The notes under the pieces: model-generated
Seen by the model: the letters and a program-made list of their open reading frames with translations, nothing else
The model's database searches: none
Told to the model about the DNA's origin: nothing
Made by a program: the position numbers and the translations under genes
Source: an uncultured bacterium
Lineage (GTDB): Bacteria > Armatimonadota > Hebobacteria > CAYNSX01
Length of the DNA: 62,417 nt
Reading direction: 5' to 3'
Assembly (NCBI GenBank): GCA_964400165.1
Contig: CAYNSX010000009.1
Location: 1-62,417 of the forward strand
Shown here: piece after piece, positions 24,803 to 37,175 of the stretch
Layout: every line of letters begins with the position of its first letter
How positions within the stretch are numbered: the stretch's first letter is position 1

Positions 24803-26638
24803 GTGAGAACGCCGCCCGCCGCCGTCCGCCATTGCGCTGCCCTGTGCGCGGGGATGGTGGTGGTGTCGCTGCTGGCGCCGCCGGCGGGCGCGGTCAGCAC
24901 GCTCCTGTTCACGACGAAATACGAGTCGAGCGGCGGCGTCGTTTTCGCCAACGACACGCCCATCGTCCGCACCTGGGACAAGAGCACCGCCGACGCTGTC
25001 ATCGCCGACCGCCTGCGCGAGGCCGCCAACCGCGGCGCCAAGCCCTCCGAGTTCGCCGTCGAGTCGCGCCGCGGAATCTGGCAGCTCCTCTACCGCGACA
25101 CCCTGATCGCCACCGCGACCAGCACCCGCGCCAAGAAGGCCAAGGTGAAACCGGCCGCGCTGGCCCGCGCCTGGCTGGCCGGCGTGCATTCCGCGTTCAG
25201 CCGGCCATACATCTCTGTCCCGCAAAGTTTCCTGCGCGCGCCGCTGGGCGACGAACTGCATGTCCCCGTCCTCGGCAATCTGCCGCCCGCGCTGCGTGCC
25301 GGCGGCTATGACCCCTCGATGGTCACCGTCACCGCCGCGCCCGATGGCCGCGAACTCATCGTCTTCGGCCAGCGCCTCGGCCAGACGACACTGCGCATCG
25401 CCGCCGCCGACCTCGGCCTGACGCTCTATGTTCATGTGATGGAGGGCGCGGCGCTCATCCCCAACCGCGTCACGGCCATCGTCACCGGCGCCGAAGTCCC
25501 CGCCGAAACGGTGCGCGACACCGTGACCCGCGCCCTGTCCGCGCAAATCATGCCGCGCGAGGGCGCCGCGGTCGGCTTCACGCTGCCGACCGGCATCACG
25601 CCCATCACGCCGCCGGCGGTGCGCGTCTATCAGGTGGCCGTGCACGCCGCCGGCGAGCAGTACCTGACCATCGACAAGATCGTGCAAGTCATCCTCGAAC
25701 ACCGCCCGACGACGCTCAACGACGCCGAAGCGCTCTACTTCAGCAACGACCCGGAACGCCTCACCGCGCCCGGTACCTGGTACGAAGCCGATCTGGAACC
25801 CGGCAAGGTGACGCGCTTCTTCTTTCATCACCTCAACGACACGAAGCAGCGGATGCGCCTGGTGGTGCAACTCATCAACCCGAACGGGACGCCGCTGTCC
25901 GTGCAGGTGACCGACGCGGTCTCCGGGCCGTCCACCGACGAACTCGCTGTCGGACACGCCGCGGTGCGCGCATTTCTGCTGCGCCAGCGCGGCTCTGTCA
26001 GCGCCGTCTGCGACATCCTGCCCGAGCGGGCGCTGCCGCTGGTCAGTTTGTTGTTGCTGCCCGGCCGCATTGCCGATGGCGTCTGGGATCTGCGCCTGCT
26101 GGGCGCCAGCGGCGCCCGGCTACGCTTGGGGATGGTGCCCGACACCGGCGGCGCTCGGCTCGATGCCATCCTGCCGCCCGCCCCGCCCGAACGCCGCGGC
26201 AGTGCCTTCGCCGCCGCGGTGCGGCGGCAGGCGCGCTATGAGGTCGGCGGCCATTGGGCGTTCGTCCGCATCGGCGACGGCCCCTCGAGTTCCTCGGGGT
26301 CATCCCGAGCACAGCCGAGGGACGGCGAGCGCGACGGCACGCCGCTGCCGCGCGGCGGCTACGGCGTCATCCACGATGTCTCGGTCGAGGTGTTCAACCC
26401 GCTCTCGCGCCGCGCCCGCGTCGAAATCGACTTCGCCGCGCTCGGCGGCGCCGCCCGCGGCGTCATCTTCCTCGGCACCCAGATGATCGAAACGCCGCTG
26501 GTGCGCGGCGGGCAGTCGGTGCGCGTGTACGAGTTCGAACTCGAACCCGGCGAGACGCGCACGGTGAACCTGCGCCTGATGCCGCAGGGCGGTTCCAACT
26601 ACCCGATCAACATCGTCGTCAAGGACTCAGGCCGATGA
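24803..26638 (+). CDS. Hypothetical secreted protein
   Basis: 611-aa ORF with a signal peptide (..LLAPPAGA), typical codon usage and an FSNDPE...RFFFHH motif. Its stop overlaps the purN start. Confidence 0.75.
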   Translation: MRTPPAAVRHCAALCAGMVVVSLLAPPAGAVSTLLFTTKYESSGGVVFANDTPIVRTWDKSTADAVIADRLREAANRGAKPSEFAVESRRGIWQLLYRDTLIATATSTRAKKAKVKPAALARAWLAGVHSAFSRPYISVPQSFLRAPLGDELHVPVLGNLPPALRAGGYDPSMVTVTAAPDGRELIVFGQRLGQTTLRIAAADLGLTLYVHVMEGAALIPNRVTAIVTGAEVPAETVRDTVTRALSAQIMPREGAAVGFTLPTGITPITPPAVRVYQVAVHAAGEQYLTIDKIVQVILEHRPTTLNDAEALYFSNDPERLTAPGTWYEADLEPGKVTRFFFHHLNDTKQRMRLVVQLINPNGTPLSVQVTDAVSGPSTDELAVGHAAVRAFLLRQRGSVSAVCDILPERALPLVSLLLLPGRIADGVWDLRLLGASGARLRLGMVPDTGGARLDAILPPAPPERRGSAFAAAVRRQARYEVGGHWAFVRIGDGPSSSSGSSRAQPRDGERDGTPLPRGGYGVIHDVSVEVFNPLSRRARVEIDFAALGGAARGVIFLGTQMIETPLVRGGQSVRVYEFELEPGETRTVNLRLMPQGGSNYPINIVVKDSGR

Positions 26639-27272
26639 GCGCGCCGTTGCGCGTCGGCGTCCTCGCCTCCGGCCGCGGGTCGAATCTGCAGGCGCTGCTC
26701 GAGGCCGCGCTCGCACATCGCATCCCGGCGGAGATCGTGGTCGTCATTTCCGATGTGCCTGACTGCCGCGCGCTCGAGCGCGCCCGCGACGCCGGCGTCC
26801 CCGCCATCGCGCTGCCTCGTGCCGAGTTCCCGACGCGCACTGATTTCGACGAAGCCGCCCTGGCGCACTTGAACGAACATGGAGTCGGCCTCGTCTGCAA
26901 CGCCGGCTTCCGACGCATCGTCGGCCCGGTGCTGCTCACGCCGTTTGCCGGGCGCTACATGAACATCCACCCCTCATTGTTGCCCGCCTTCCGCGGCCTG
27001 CAGGGGCTGGCTGTCCACCGCGCCGCGCTGGAGCACGGCGTCAAAGTCTCCGGCTGCACGGTTCACTTCGCCACCGACGATGTGGACAACGGCCCCATCG
27101 TCCTGCAGCGCTGCGTCCCCGTTGAAGAAGGAGACACCCCCGAGACGCTCGCCGCCCGCGTCCTGGCTGAAGAACACCGCGCCTATCCCGAAGCCGTGCG
27201 TCTGTTCGCCGAAGGCCGTCTCGAAATCCGCGGCCGCCAGGTCATCATCCGCTCCGAGGAGAAGAACCCAGC

Positions 27273-27276
<4 letters not shown>
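26635..27276 (+). CDS. purN: Phosphoribosylglycinamide formyltransferase
   Basis: VGVLASGRGSNLQALL, MNIHPSLLPAFRG, GVKVSGCTVHF..DVDNGPI, LAARVLAEEH. Confidence 0.96.
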
Positions 27277-30562
<3,286 letters not shown>

Positions 30563-30802
30563 CGCGCCGGGCCAATCGCAGCAAGCCCCTCTCCCAGTCG
30601 GGAGAGGGGTGGCGAAGCCGGGGTGAGGGCGATCAGAAGGGTAGCGCCGGCCGCTCGACCGGCCCGCTCAACTCGGGTACCACCCCGGTTTCGACCGGGG
30701 TTCCTCTTCAGGGGGGCAGGCATCTTGCCTGCCAAGAGGACGCTGAACACGAAGGGTAGTGCCGGCGTCTCGCCGGCGAAATCCTATCGGCGACAGGCTG
30801 AA

Positions 30803-31027
30803 TTACTCGGACTCAAAGAGCGAGCGATCGAGCCGGCTCTGCCGAATGATGCCTCGCAGTGTGCCGCGGTCCAGCTCGCGATGATTCGGGACTGGAACGG
30901 TGATGGTGGTGCGAGTGACGCGCCGCTGCATCACAATGTGGCTCCCGCGTCGGCGCACTTCGACGAAACCGTGCTGGGCGAGGATGGTGCAGACCGCGCG
31001 CCCGGACAGCACTCGTTGCCTGCTCAT
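30803..31027 (-). CDS. hicA: HicA-family mRNA interferase toxin
   Basis: LAQHGFVEVRRRGSHIVM...VPVPNHRELDRGTLRGIIRQ. Confidence 0.9.
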   Translation of the reverse strand: MSRQRVLSGRAVCTILAQHGFVEVRRRGSHIVMQRRVTRTTITVPVPNHRELDRGTLRGIIRQSRLDRSLFESE

Positions 31028-31060
31028 CGTGTGTCAGCGAGGGGAATACGCGGTTCTCAA

Positions 31061-31294
31061 TCAGCCGGCGCTGATTTCCAGCGCGGAAATGTAGGTCTCC
31101 TTGCGGAGCCGCCGCTTGATTTCCGTCGGGCTGGCGGTCTCCAGGAACAACGCGACGGCTTCGGCGATGTTGCGGCGCGCCTCTTCCACCGTCTTCCCCT
31201 GGCTGACGACATCCAGCTCCGGGCAGGTTGCGACGAAATATTTCTCGGAGCGTTGAATGATGGCGGTCAGCGGTGCTCGCAGTCTCGTTTTCAC
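31061..31294 (-). CDS. hicB: HicB-family antitoxin (short form)
   Basis: From GTG 31294: LTAIIQRSEKYFVATCPELDVVSQGKTVEEARRNIAEAVALFLE. It lies upstream of hicA. Confidence 0.9.
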   Translation of the reverse strand: MKTRLRAPLTAIIQRSEKYFVATCPELDVVSQGKTVEEARRNIAEAVALFLETASPTEIKRRLRKETYISALEISAG

Positions 31295-31450
31295 AGCCGA
31301 AAGTGTACCCGCCACCTCAAATGCCTACAACTCGCCGACTCTTCTCCATTTTTCGCCCCCTTTTCATCAAACCCTAACCATTGCGGCGCCCGCCGGCGAA
31401 ACCTCCCCGCCCCCGCCCCGTCGAATCCATGTATCAGAAAGGAGCAGTCC

Positions 31451-32086
31451 ATGAAACGGCACGGAACTTCGCACGGGGTACGGGCACTGGTGGTGACGGC
31501 CCTGACGGGCCTCGTCGGGTTCCTCCCGGCGCAGTCCGTCGGCGCGTCGCCCGCGCCGGCCTATGGCGGCGATCCGCGGTGGGGCTATGGCCCCATCTAT
31601 CAGACGCAGTCGGTGCAGCGCATCGCGCACCGGCTCGATGATCAACTCGACGACCTGCGCAATGCGATGCTGCGCTCCGCCCATCACGAGGACGACCCCT
31701 ATGGCGGCGGGCAGGAGATGCGCTTCATTATGAGCGTCTCGGCGCTGCGCGGGCAGGCCGACTCGCTGCACTACCTGCTCGACCGGCGTGAGCCGGCCGA
31801 TGTGCGGCTCGCCTTCCGCGAAATGGCCGCGCTCGGCGCGCAAATCGACCGCGAAATCCGCTCCGCACATGTCGTGCGCCAGGTCGCCGACCTGTGGGGC
31901 CGCTCGCGCACCACCCTCAACGACCTCGGGCGCGCCATCTACGGCAACCCGCGCTGGGATATGAATCAGGGAGGCCTCGAGATCTTCCTCCCCTTCCCCG
32001 GCGGCAACTCGCCCTGGGGCAATGACCACAACTACGACGGGTACTACCGCAAGGATGACAACCGCGGCGGGTATGGTCCGCACTGA
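31451..32086 (+). CDS. Hypothetical secreted helical protein
   Basis: AAAGGAG RBS, signal peptide, typical codon usage and a Tyr/Gly-rich tail. Confidence 0.7.
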   Translation: MKRHGTSHGVRALVVTALTGLVGFLPAQSVGASPAPAYGGDPRWGYGPIYQTQSVQRIAHRLDDQLDDLRNAMLRSAHHEDDPYGGGQEMRFIMSVSALRGQADSLHYLLDRREPADVRLAFREMAALGAQIDREIRSAHVVRQVADLWGRSRTTLNDLGRAIYGNPRWDMNQGGLEIFLPFPGGNSPWGNDHNYDGYYRKDDNRGGYGPH

Positions 32087-32166
32087 CCTCTGAAGCCACG
32101 GAGGGCAGGCATCCCTGGGGCTCCGAAGCCTCGGCGAAGGGGGCTTGCCTGCCTTTGAATACCAAC

Positions 32167-32199
32167 AGGGGCAGGCACACCGCCTGCCCCTTCTTTATT
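32167..32199 (+). terminator. Probable intrinsic terminator
   Basis: AGGGGCAGGC-acacc-GCCTGCCCCT followed by TCTTTATT, between convergent genes. Confidence 0.55.
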
Positions 32200-32302
32200 C
32201 GAGTGCCGCCCCGGCGCACCCCGCCGGGGTGCCGTTGTACGGCCTTTGTCAGTCCGGCCCTCGCAGAGCCGGGCAACCCCTGACACAGTTCACTTGACAC
32301 TT

Positions 32303-33094
32303 TCAACCCCCCTCGCTGATCGGCGCCACCGGCGCGACGCGGGCGCCGGGGCCGATGTGCACGGAACTGCGAATCCAGGCGGCGATCAATCCCTTCGCCG
32401 CCTGGAGCGCGTCGGGCGTGCTCCTGCCCAGCGCCAGATGCGCCGCAATCGCCGACGCGAACAGGCAGCCAGTGCCGTGCACCGGCTCGGTCACGACGCG
32501 GTCGGACACCAGCGTCGTCACATCGGTCCCGTCGTACACCACATCCACGGATTGCTCGTTCCACGCGCCGCCGGTGACGACGACGGTGCGCGGCCCCAGC
32601 GCGCGCAGTGTCCGCGCCGCTTCCGCGGCTTCCGATTCGTTCGTGATGTGCATGCCCGTCAGCGATTCCGCTTCCGCGCAATTGGGTGTGATGACTTCGG
32701 CCAGCGGGAACAGCGTCTGACGCAACGCATCGACCGCGTCCGCCGAAAGTAACCGCTCGCCGCCCTTCGCCTGCAACACCGGGTCCACCACCAGCGGCCC
32801 CACCCAGCGCGCGGTCAGCGTCTCGGCCAGCGCCTCAATCGTCTCGCGAGACCAGAGCATTCCGGTCTTGATGGCGCGCGGGCTCATGCTCTCGATCATC
32901 GCCTCGACTTGCGCAGCGACCGCCGCCGCGTCGACGGGAATGATTTGCGACACGCCGCCGGGCGTCTGCACCGTCAGCGCCGTGATCGCCGAGACGCCGT
33001 ACACGCCGCAGGCGTTGAACGCGCGCAGGTCCGCCTGGATGCCGGCGCCGCCGCTCGGGTCGGAACCGGCGACCGTCAGCGCGACCGGAATCAT
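32303..33094 (-). CDS. thiD: Hydroxymethylpyrimidine/phosphomethylpyrimidine kinase
   Basis: ALTVAGSDPSGGAGIQADL, IKTGML, VVDPV, ITPNCAEA, HGTGCLFASAIAA. Confidence 0.95.
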   Translation of the reverse strand: MIPVALTVAGSDPSGGAGIQADLRAFNACGVYGVSAITALTVQTPGGVSQIIPVDAAAVAAQVEAMIESMSPRAIKTGMLWSRETIEALAETLTARWVGPLVVDPVLQAKGGERLLSADAVDALRQTLFPLAEVITPNCAEAESLTGMHITNESEAAEAARTLRALGPRTVVVTGGAWNEQSVDVVYDGTDVTTLVSDRVVTEPVHGTGCLFASAIAAHLALGRSTPDALQAAKGLIAAWIRSSVHIGPGARVAPVAPISEGG

Positions 33095-33924
33095 GCGCGC
33101 GCCGCCATCGCGCCCAGCAACAACTCGGGCAGGTCAGCGAGTGACTCGAGAATCAGGTCGGGCGCGTCGCACGCGCCGTCCGCCGCCGCGCGATCCGAGA
33201 TGCCGGTGAGCACGAGACAACTGCGCACACCCGCCTCCTTCGCCATCCGGATGTCCGTCTCGAGGCGGTCACCCACCATCAGCGTCTCGGGCAGCGACGC
33301 GCCGAGTTGCTCGAGCAGATCGAACAGCATCTGCGGCTTCGGTTTGCCGATGACTTCGGCGGTTACGCCGGTCGCGCGCTCCAGCGCCGCGACAATCACG
33401 CCCGCGCCCGGCTCCAAGCCGCGCTCGGTCGGGAAGGTGCTGTCGGCGTTCGACGCAATCAGGCGGGCGCCGTCGAGCACCGCCCGCTGCGCGGCGGCGA
33501 GTTTCCAGTAAGTCAGGTCGCGGTCGAGCCCCACGGCAACTGCGGCGACCGGCCCGGCATCCAATTCCGGCGCCACAACTTGTAGTCCCGCATCGCGCAG
33601 CAGCGATTCGAACGACTCGCCGCCCACCACCATCACCCGCGCGCCCGGAAACCGCTGGGCAAGCGCCCGTGCGGTGGCCAGGCCGGAAGTCATCACTTGC
33701 TCGGCGCGGCAATCAATCCCAAGTTGGCGGAACCAGGCGGCATATTCGGCAGGCGTCTTCGTGGAATTGTTGGTCAGGAAACCAATGGCCTTGCCAGCCG
33801 CCCGAAGACGCTCCAGGGCCCCCGCAGCGCCCGGAATTGGCGTCACGCCGCGCACAACCACTCCGTCGATATCGCAAATGACCGCCCGAACCGCCGCGAG
33901 CGTCCCGGTTTGCGTCGCTGTCAT
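33091..33924 (-). CDS. HAD-superfamily subfamily IIA hydrolase (NagD-like)
   Basis: DIDGV, FLTNNS, IGKP, MVGDRLETDI, LVLTGIS. Confidence 0.93.
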   Translation of the reverse strand: MTATQTGTLAAVRAVICDIDGVVVRGVTPIPGAAGALERLRAAGKAIGFLTNNSTKTPAEYAAWFRQLGIDCRAEQVMTSGLATARALAQRFPGARVMVVGGESFESLLRDAGLQVVAPELDAGPVAAVAVGLDRDLTYWKLAAAQRAVLDGARLIASNADSTFPTERGLEPGAGVIVAALERATGVTAEVIGKPKPQMLFDLLEQLGASLPETLMVGDRLETDIRMAKEAGVRSCLVLTGISDRAAADGACDAPDLILESLADLPELLLGAMAARA

Positions 33925-34088
33925 CGGCGCGACCGTAACAAGCGCCGCTTCGCATCGTCAATTGCAGGCGCCGAGGCAGGGAACCTGTCGACGCGCGGAG
34001 TAGTCCAATAGAATGTAAGCAGTTCGGCTGGTGGTTCGAGCGGAATCGGCCGCTCGAACCCAGTGTCGGCTGCTTGAGAGGAACGGCT

Positions 34089-34772
34089 ATGCCGGGGGCG
34101 TGCAGTCAGTGTCCGACCCAGAAGAATCGCCCGGTGACGCCACATTCGGCCGTCCACCGCGCCGCGAGTCCCTCGTCGGATGCGCTGAACGGGGCGCGAA
34201 CATCCAGCCGGCGCCGCGAAACTGCCGCCGAGCGCAAGGCCCGCTTCAAGACCCTCGCCGAGCCGATTTACAAGGCGGTGTACCAATCGGCCGTCCGCAT
34301 CAGCCGCGACCCGGATTTGGCAGCCGACCTGACCCAAGACACGCTGTTGCGGGCCTTCGAGAAGTTCCACCAGTTCCGCGACGGTACCAATTTCAAGGCC
34401 TGGGTGATGCGCATCCTGATCAATGGCTACATCAACCGCTACCGCAAGGTGAAGCGCTCGCCCGAAGAAGTGACCTGGGACGATGTATCAATGGGCGAAG
34501 AGCGGGATCTTTCCGAGCGACCAGACGGCCCGGCGCTCGTCGAAGAGCAGGTGATTCGCGGAAGTTCTGCGCGAATCGTCAGAAAGGCCGTCGAGAATCT
34601 GCCGGAACCGTTCAGAACAGCGGTGATTCTCGCTGATTTGCAGGGATTGAGTTACGACGAAGTAAAGGGGGTGTTGGGCATCCCGCTCGGTACCGTTCGT
34701 TCTCGCATCTTTCGAGGTAGAAAGCTACTTATAAGTGTATTACAGCCCTTCCAGCAAGCGGGAGCGTTGTAG
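34089..34772 (+). CDS. ECF sigma factor (SigH/RpoE-like)
   Basis: AADLTQDTLLRAF..F..GTNFKAWVMRILIN.YIN and LPEPFRTAVILADLQGLSYDEV..LGIPLGTVRSRIFRGR. The start codon is uncertain. Confidence 0.9.
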   Translation: MPGACSQCPTQKNRPVTPHSAVHRAASPSSDALNGARTSSRRRETAAERKARFKTLAEPIYKAVYQSAVRISRDPDLAADLTQDTLLRAFEKFHQFRDGTNFKAWVMRILINGYINRYRKVKRSPEEVTWDDVSMGEERDLSERPDGPALVEEQVIRGSSARIVRKAVENLPEPFRTAVILADLQGLSYDEVKGVLGIPLGTVRSRIFRGRKLLISVLQPFQQAGAL

Positions 34773-34871
34773 GAGATGGTATATGCACCTTCAATTTCCA
34801 GTGTGCGCGCATCATAATAAGTATAACATTATTTATTTGTCCGTCAAGGTTGGTATTTTGGTAAGAGAGTC

Positions 34872-34887
34872 TGTTTCACGTGAAAAC
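34872..34887. promoter_or_regulatory. parS-like palindrome
   Basis: TGTTTCACGTGAAAAC matches 14/16 of the parS consensus TGTTTCACGTGAAACA and lies in an AT-rich intergenic patch. Confidence 0.4.
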
Positions 34888-34955
34888 TGGCAGGAATGTG
34901 AGTTTATCTGGTAGAAACTGAAGTTCTGTACTGGAAGGCGCTCGCAGGATGGGCT

Positions 34956-36353
34956 ATGAACGAGGGTAGCGAGCGAGATTCCAGCCACCTTGGCTGGCTG
35001 AAGCGAGAAATCGAGGGCTGGCGGGCTGCTGGGATTGTCTCCGATGAACAGGCGGAGGCCGTTCTTTCCCGCTATCCAAATGGCGAGGAGCACCGCGCCC
35101 GCGTCGCATTCTATGTCAGCCTTTTCGCGGTGGTCCTGATTGGCGCGGGGATCCTTTCTTTCATCGCCGCCAACTGGGCTGGGATGGCGCCTTCATCGAG
35201 AATCAGCCTGATTTTGGCCGGAATGGCGGTGTTTTACGGCGTCGGCGCGTGGTTTCGGTGGCGGCGGGACCTTCCGATCCTCGGAAACTCGCTCCTGCTG
35301 CTCGGTGGGGTGACTTATGGCGCCGGAGTCTGGCTGATCGGCCAGACTTATCATCTCAATGCCGACTGGCCGCTGGGCTTCTTCCTGTGGTTCCTCGGGC
35401 TGCTGCCGCTGGCGCTAGTGACTCGTTGGGGTCCGATCGTGGCGGTCACTTCCGCAATTCTGACACTGTGGGCGCTGATGCCAAACAACGACCCGCTCAA
35501 TTGGCTGTTCGGCTTTTCGGGCCGACAGATGTCGCAGCCGTGGGGAGTGCTCATCGGCTATCCGCTGCTTTGCGCCCTAGTGATGGCGCCGCTGTCCGTT
35601 CGAGCGCGGAGCCAGTTCTCGCTCGCAATGACGGCGCTGGGCTTCATTGTGTTTGCCGGCGCGGTGGCGGGACAGACGACGCAATTCGACCGCCCGGAGT
35701 ACACACTTGTGGCCGCGCTGCTGGCATCGGTCGTCGTGTTTGGCTGGGCTGGGCTGATGTCTGGCGAGTTCAGGGCAGAATCGGCACGCGCATACCGGGC
35801 GGTGGGACTGTTGGGAGCGCTTGGCGCATTAATTGCGCTCGGTTCGACGAGTCTGGCCAATGAAGGAGCGCGGACGCTGTCGGAAGAGGCGGGCCGCGGG
35901 ACTTTGGTTGTGTGGCTGGTGACGCTGACCGCCATCGCCCTCCTCGTCACAATTCTGGCGGACATGCGATCGTCGGCGCCGCGGCGCGGTGAGAGTGCGA
36001 CGGCGTTCAGCGTTCTCGCGGCAGCGTGGCTGTTCCTCGCCAGCTTTGCGGGGTTGATTCCAGGACTGGATCCGATCAGCGGCGCGTGGTTCGCGGTGAT
36101 TCTCGCCAACATCTTGTTCTTTGGGGCGGCGGTGGGCGCATTGCTTCGAGCGGCGGAGCGAGAGGAACACTCGGCCGTCAACCTCATCCTGCTGCTATTC
36201 GCGATCGCGGTGATTTGGCGCTATGGCGAGTGGGGGTGGGCGGCGATGGACAAGTCGCTGTTCTTCATCGGGCTGGGGGTGCTGTTGCTCGGCGGCGGGT
36301 GGTGGCTAGAACGGAGCCGGCGGCGGCTGCTTTCGAAGGGGGTTGCGGCATGA
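34956..36353 (+). CDS. DUF2157 family multi-pass membrane protein
   Basis: WLKREIEGWRAAGIVSDEQA, GILSFIAANW, GVWLIGQTYH, many TM helices and C-terminal KSLFFIGLG. It is paired with a GDYXXLXY gene as usual. Confidence 0.85.
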   Translation: MNEGSERDSSHLGWLKREIEGWRAAGIVSDEQAEAVLSRYPNGEEHRARVAFYVSLFAVVLIGAGILSFIAANWAGMAPSSRISLILAGMAVFYGVGAWFRWRRDLPILGNSLLLLGGVTYGAGVWLIGQTYHLNADWPLGFFLWFLGLLPLALVTRWGPIVAVTSAILTLWALMPNNDPLNWLFGFSGRQMSQPWGVLIGYPLLCALVMAPLSVRARSQFSLAMTALGFIVFAGAVAGQTTQFDRPEYTLVAALLASVVVFGWAGLMSGEFRAESARAYRAVGLLGALGALIALGSTSLANEGARTLSEEAGRGTLVVWLVTLTAIALLVTILADMRSSAPRRGESATAFSVLAAAWLFLASFAGLIPGLDPISGAWFAVILANILFFGAAVGALLRAAEREEHSAVNLILLLFAIAVIWRYGEWGWAAMDKSLFFIGLGVLLLGGGWWLERSRRRLLSKGVAA

Positions 36354-36943
36354 AGCGCGCGCCGGTTCTGGCATTGGCGTTGTGTTTCGGGTGGCAGGTG
36401 GCGCTCTTGTTTTCGGTCATCGGCTACCGGCAATCGCTGCTGGCGTCACCGACCGTCATCCGCTTGAAGACGGAGCCCGTGGACCCGTGGGATGTCTTCC
36501 GCGGTGAGTATGTGTGGCTGGGCTACGACATTTCGTCCGTCGATACGGCTCTGTTGGACCCGGCGGTAAGCGAGGTTCGTGCTGGGCAGCTGCTCTTCGT
36601 GACGGTGAAGCAAGGCGAAGACGGCTTCTGGCACGCGACGCGCGTGGTGCCGCAGCGGCCGGCGCCGGCGAGCGGCGAAGTGGTTCTCCAGGGACACTCG
36701 ACTTTCTGGTGGACCCGTGAGAGGGAAACGCCTGGCATTGTGCCTCGGCCAGTCGCGGGATCTCGGGCCATTGGGGTTGCGTACGGCCTCGAGGCGTTCT
36801 ATGTGCCGCAAGGGGAAAGCGAGCGCCTGCAGCCGCGGTCTGCGCAAAGGGAGTCGCTCGTGGTCGAAGCGGCGGTGAGCCGCAGCGGCAGGGCGGCGAT
36901 CAAGCGGGTGCTTCTCGACGGCAAAGAGGTGAAGTTTCGGTAA
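36350..36943 (+). CDS. GDYXXLXY domain protein
   Basis: From ATG 36350: IRLKTEPVDPWDVFRGEYVWLGYDIS and YGLEAFYVPQG. Confidence 0.88.
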   Translation: MKRAPVLALALCFGWQVALLFSVIGYRQSLLASPTVIRLKTEPVDPWDVFRGEYVWLGYDISSVDTALLDPAVSEVRAGQLLFVTVKQGEDGFWHATRVVPQRPAPASGEVVLQGHSTFWWTRERETPGIVPRPVAGSRAIGVAYGLEAFYVPQGESERLQPRSAQRESLVVEAAVSRSGRAAIKRVLLDGKEVKFR

Positions 36944-37175
36944 TAGGGACCGCCCTCACCCCCTGACCCCCTCTCCGACGAGCGGAGAGGGGGAACGGAA
37001 ACACAGAGGCGAGGAAACAAGGAAACGAGGAAACAAGGTTGAGTGACGGGAAAGATACGGCCGGCAAGAGGCGGACAAGCGGGTGGGGACAAACTGCGAA
37101 CATCAGTTTGCTATAAGGACAAATGCTGTGGAATGCGGCGCAGGAACCAAAGCAATCGTTTCAAGTCAAACGCGC

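Noticed and set aside
33095..34080. TPP riboswitch upstream of thiD
   Set aside because: thiD is translationally coupled to the HAD gene, and no convincing TPP aptamer was seen upstream of the pair.
34783..34914. 43-codon ORF with GGAG upstream after the ECF sigma (candidate anti-sigma)
   Set aside because: AT-rich atypical codons, no HxxxCxxC motif, and it overlaps the parS-like site.
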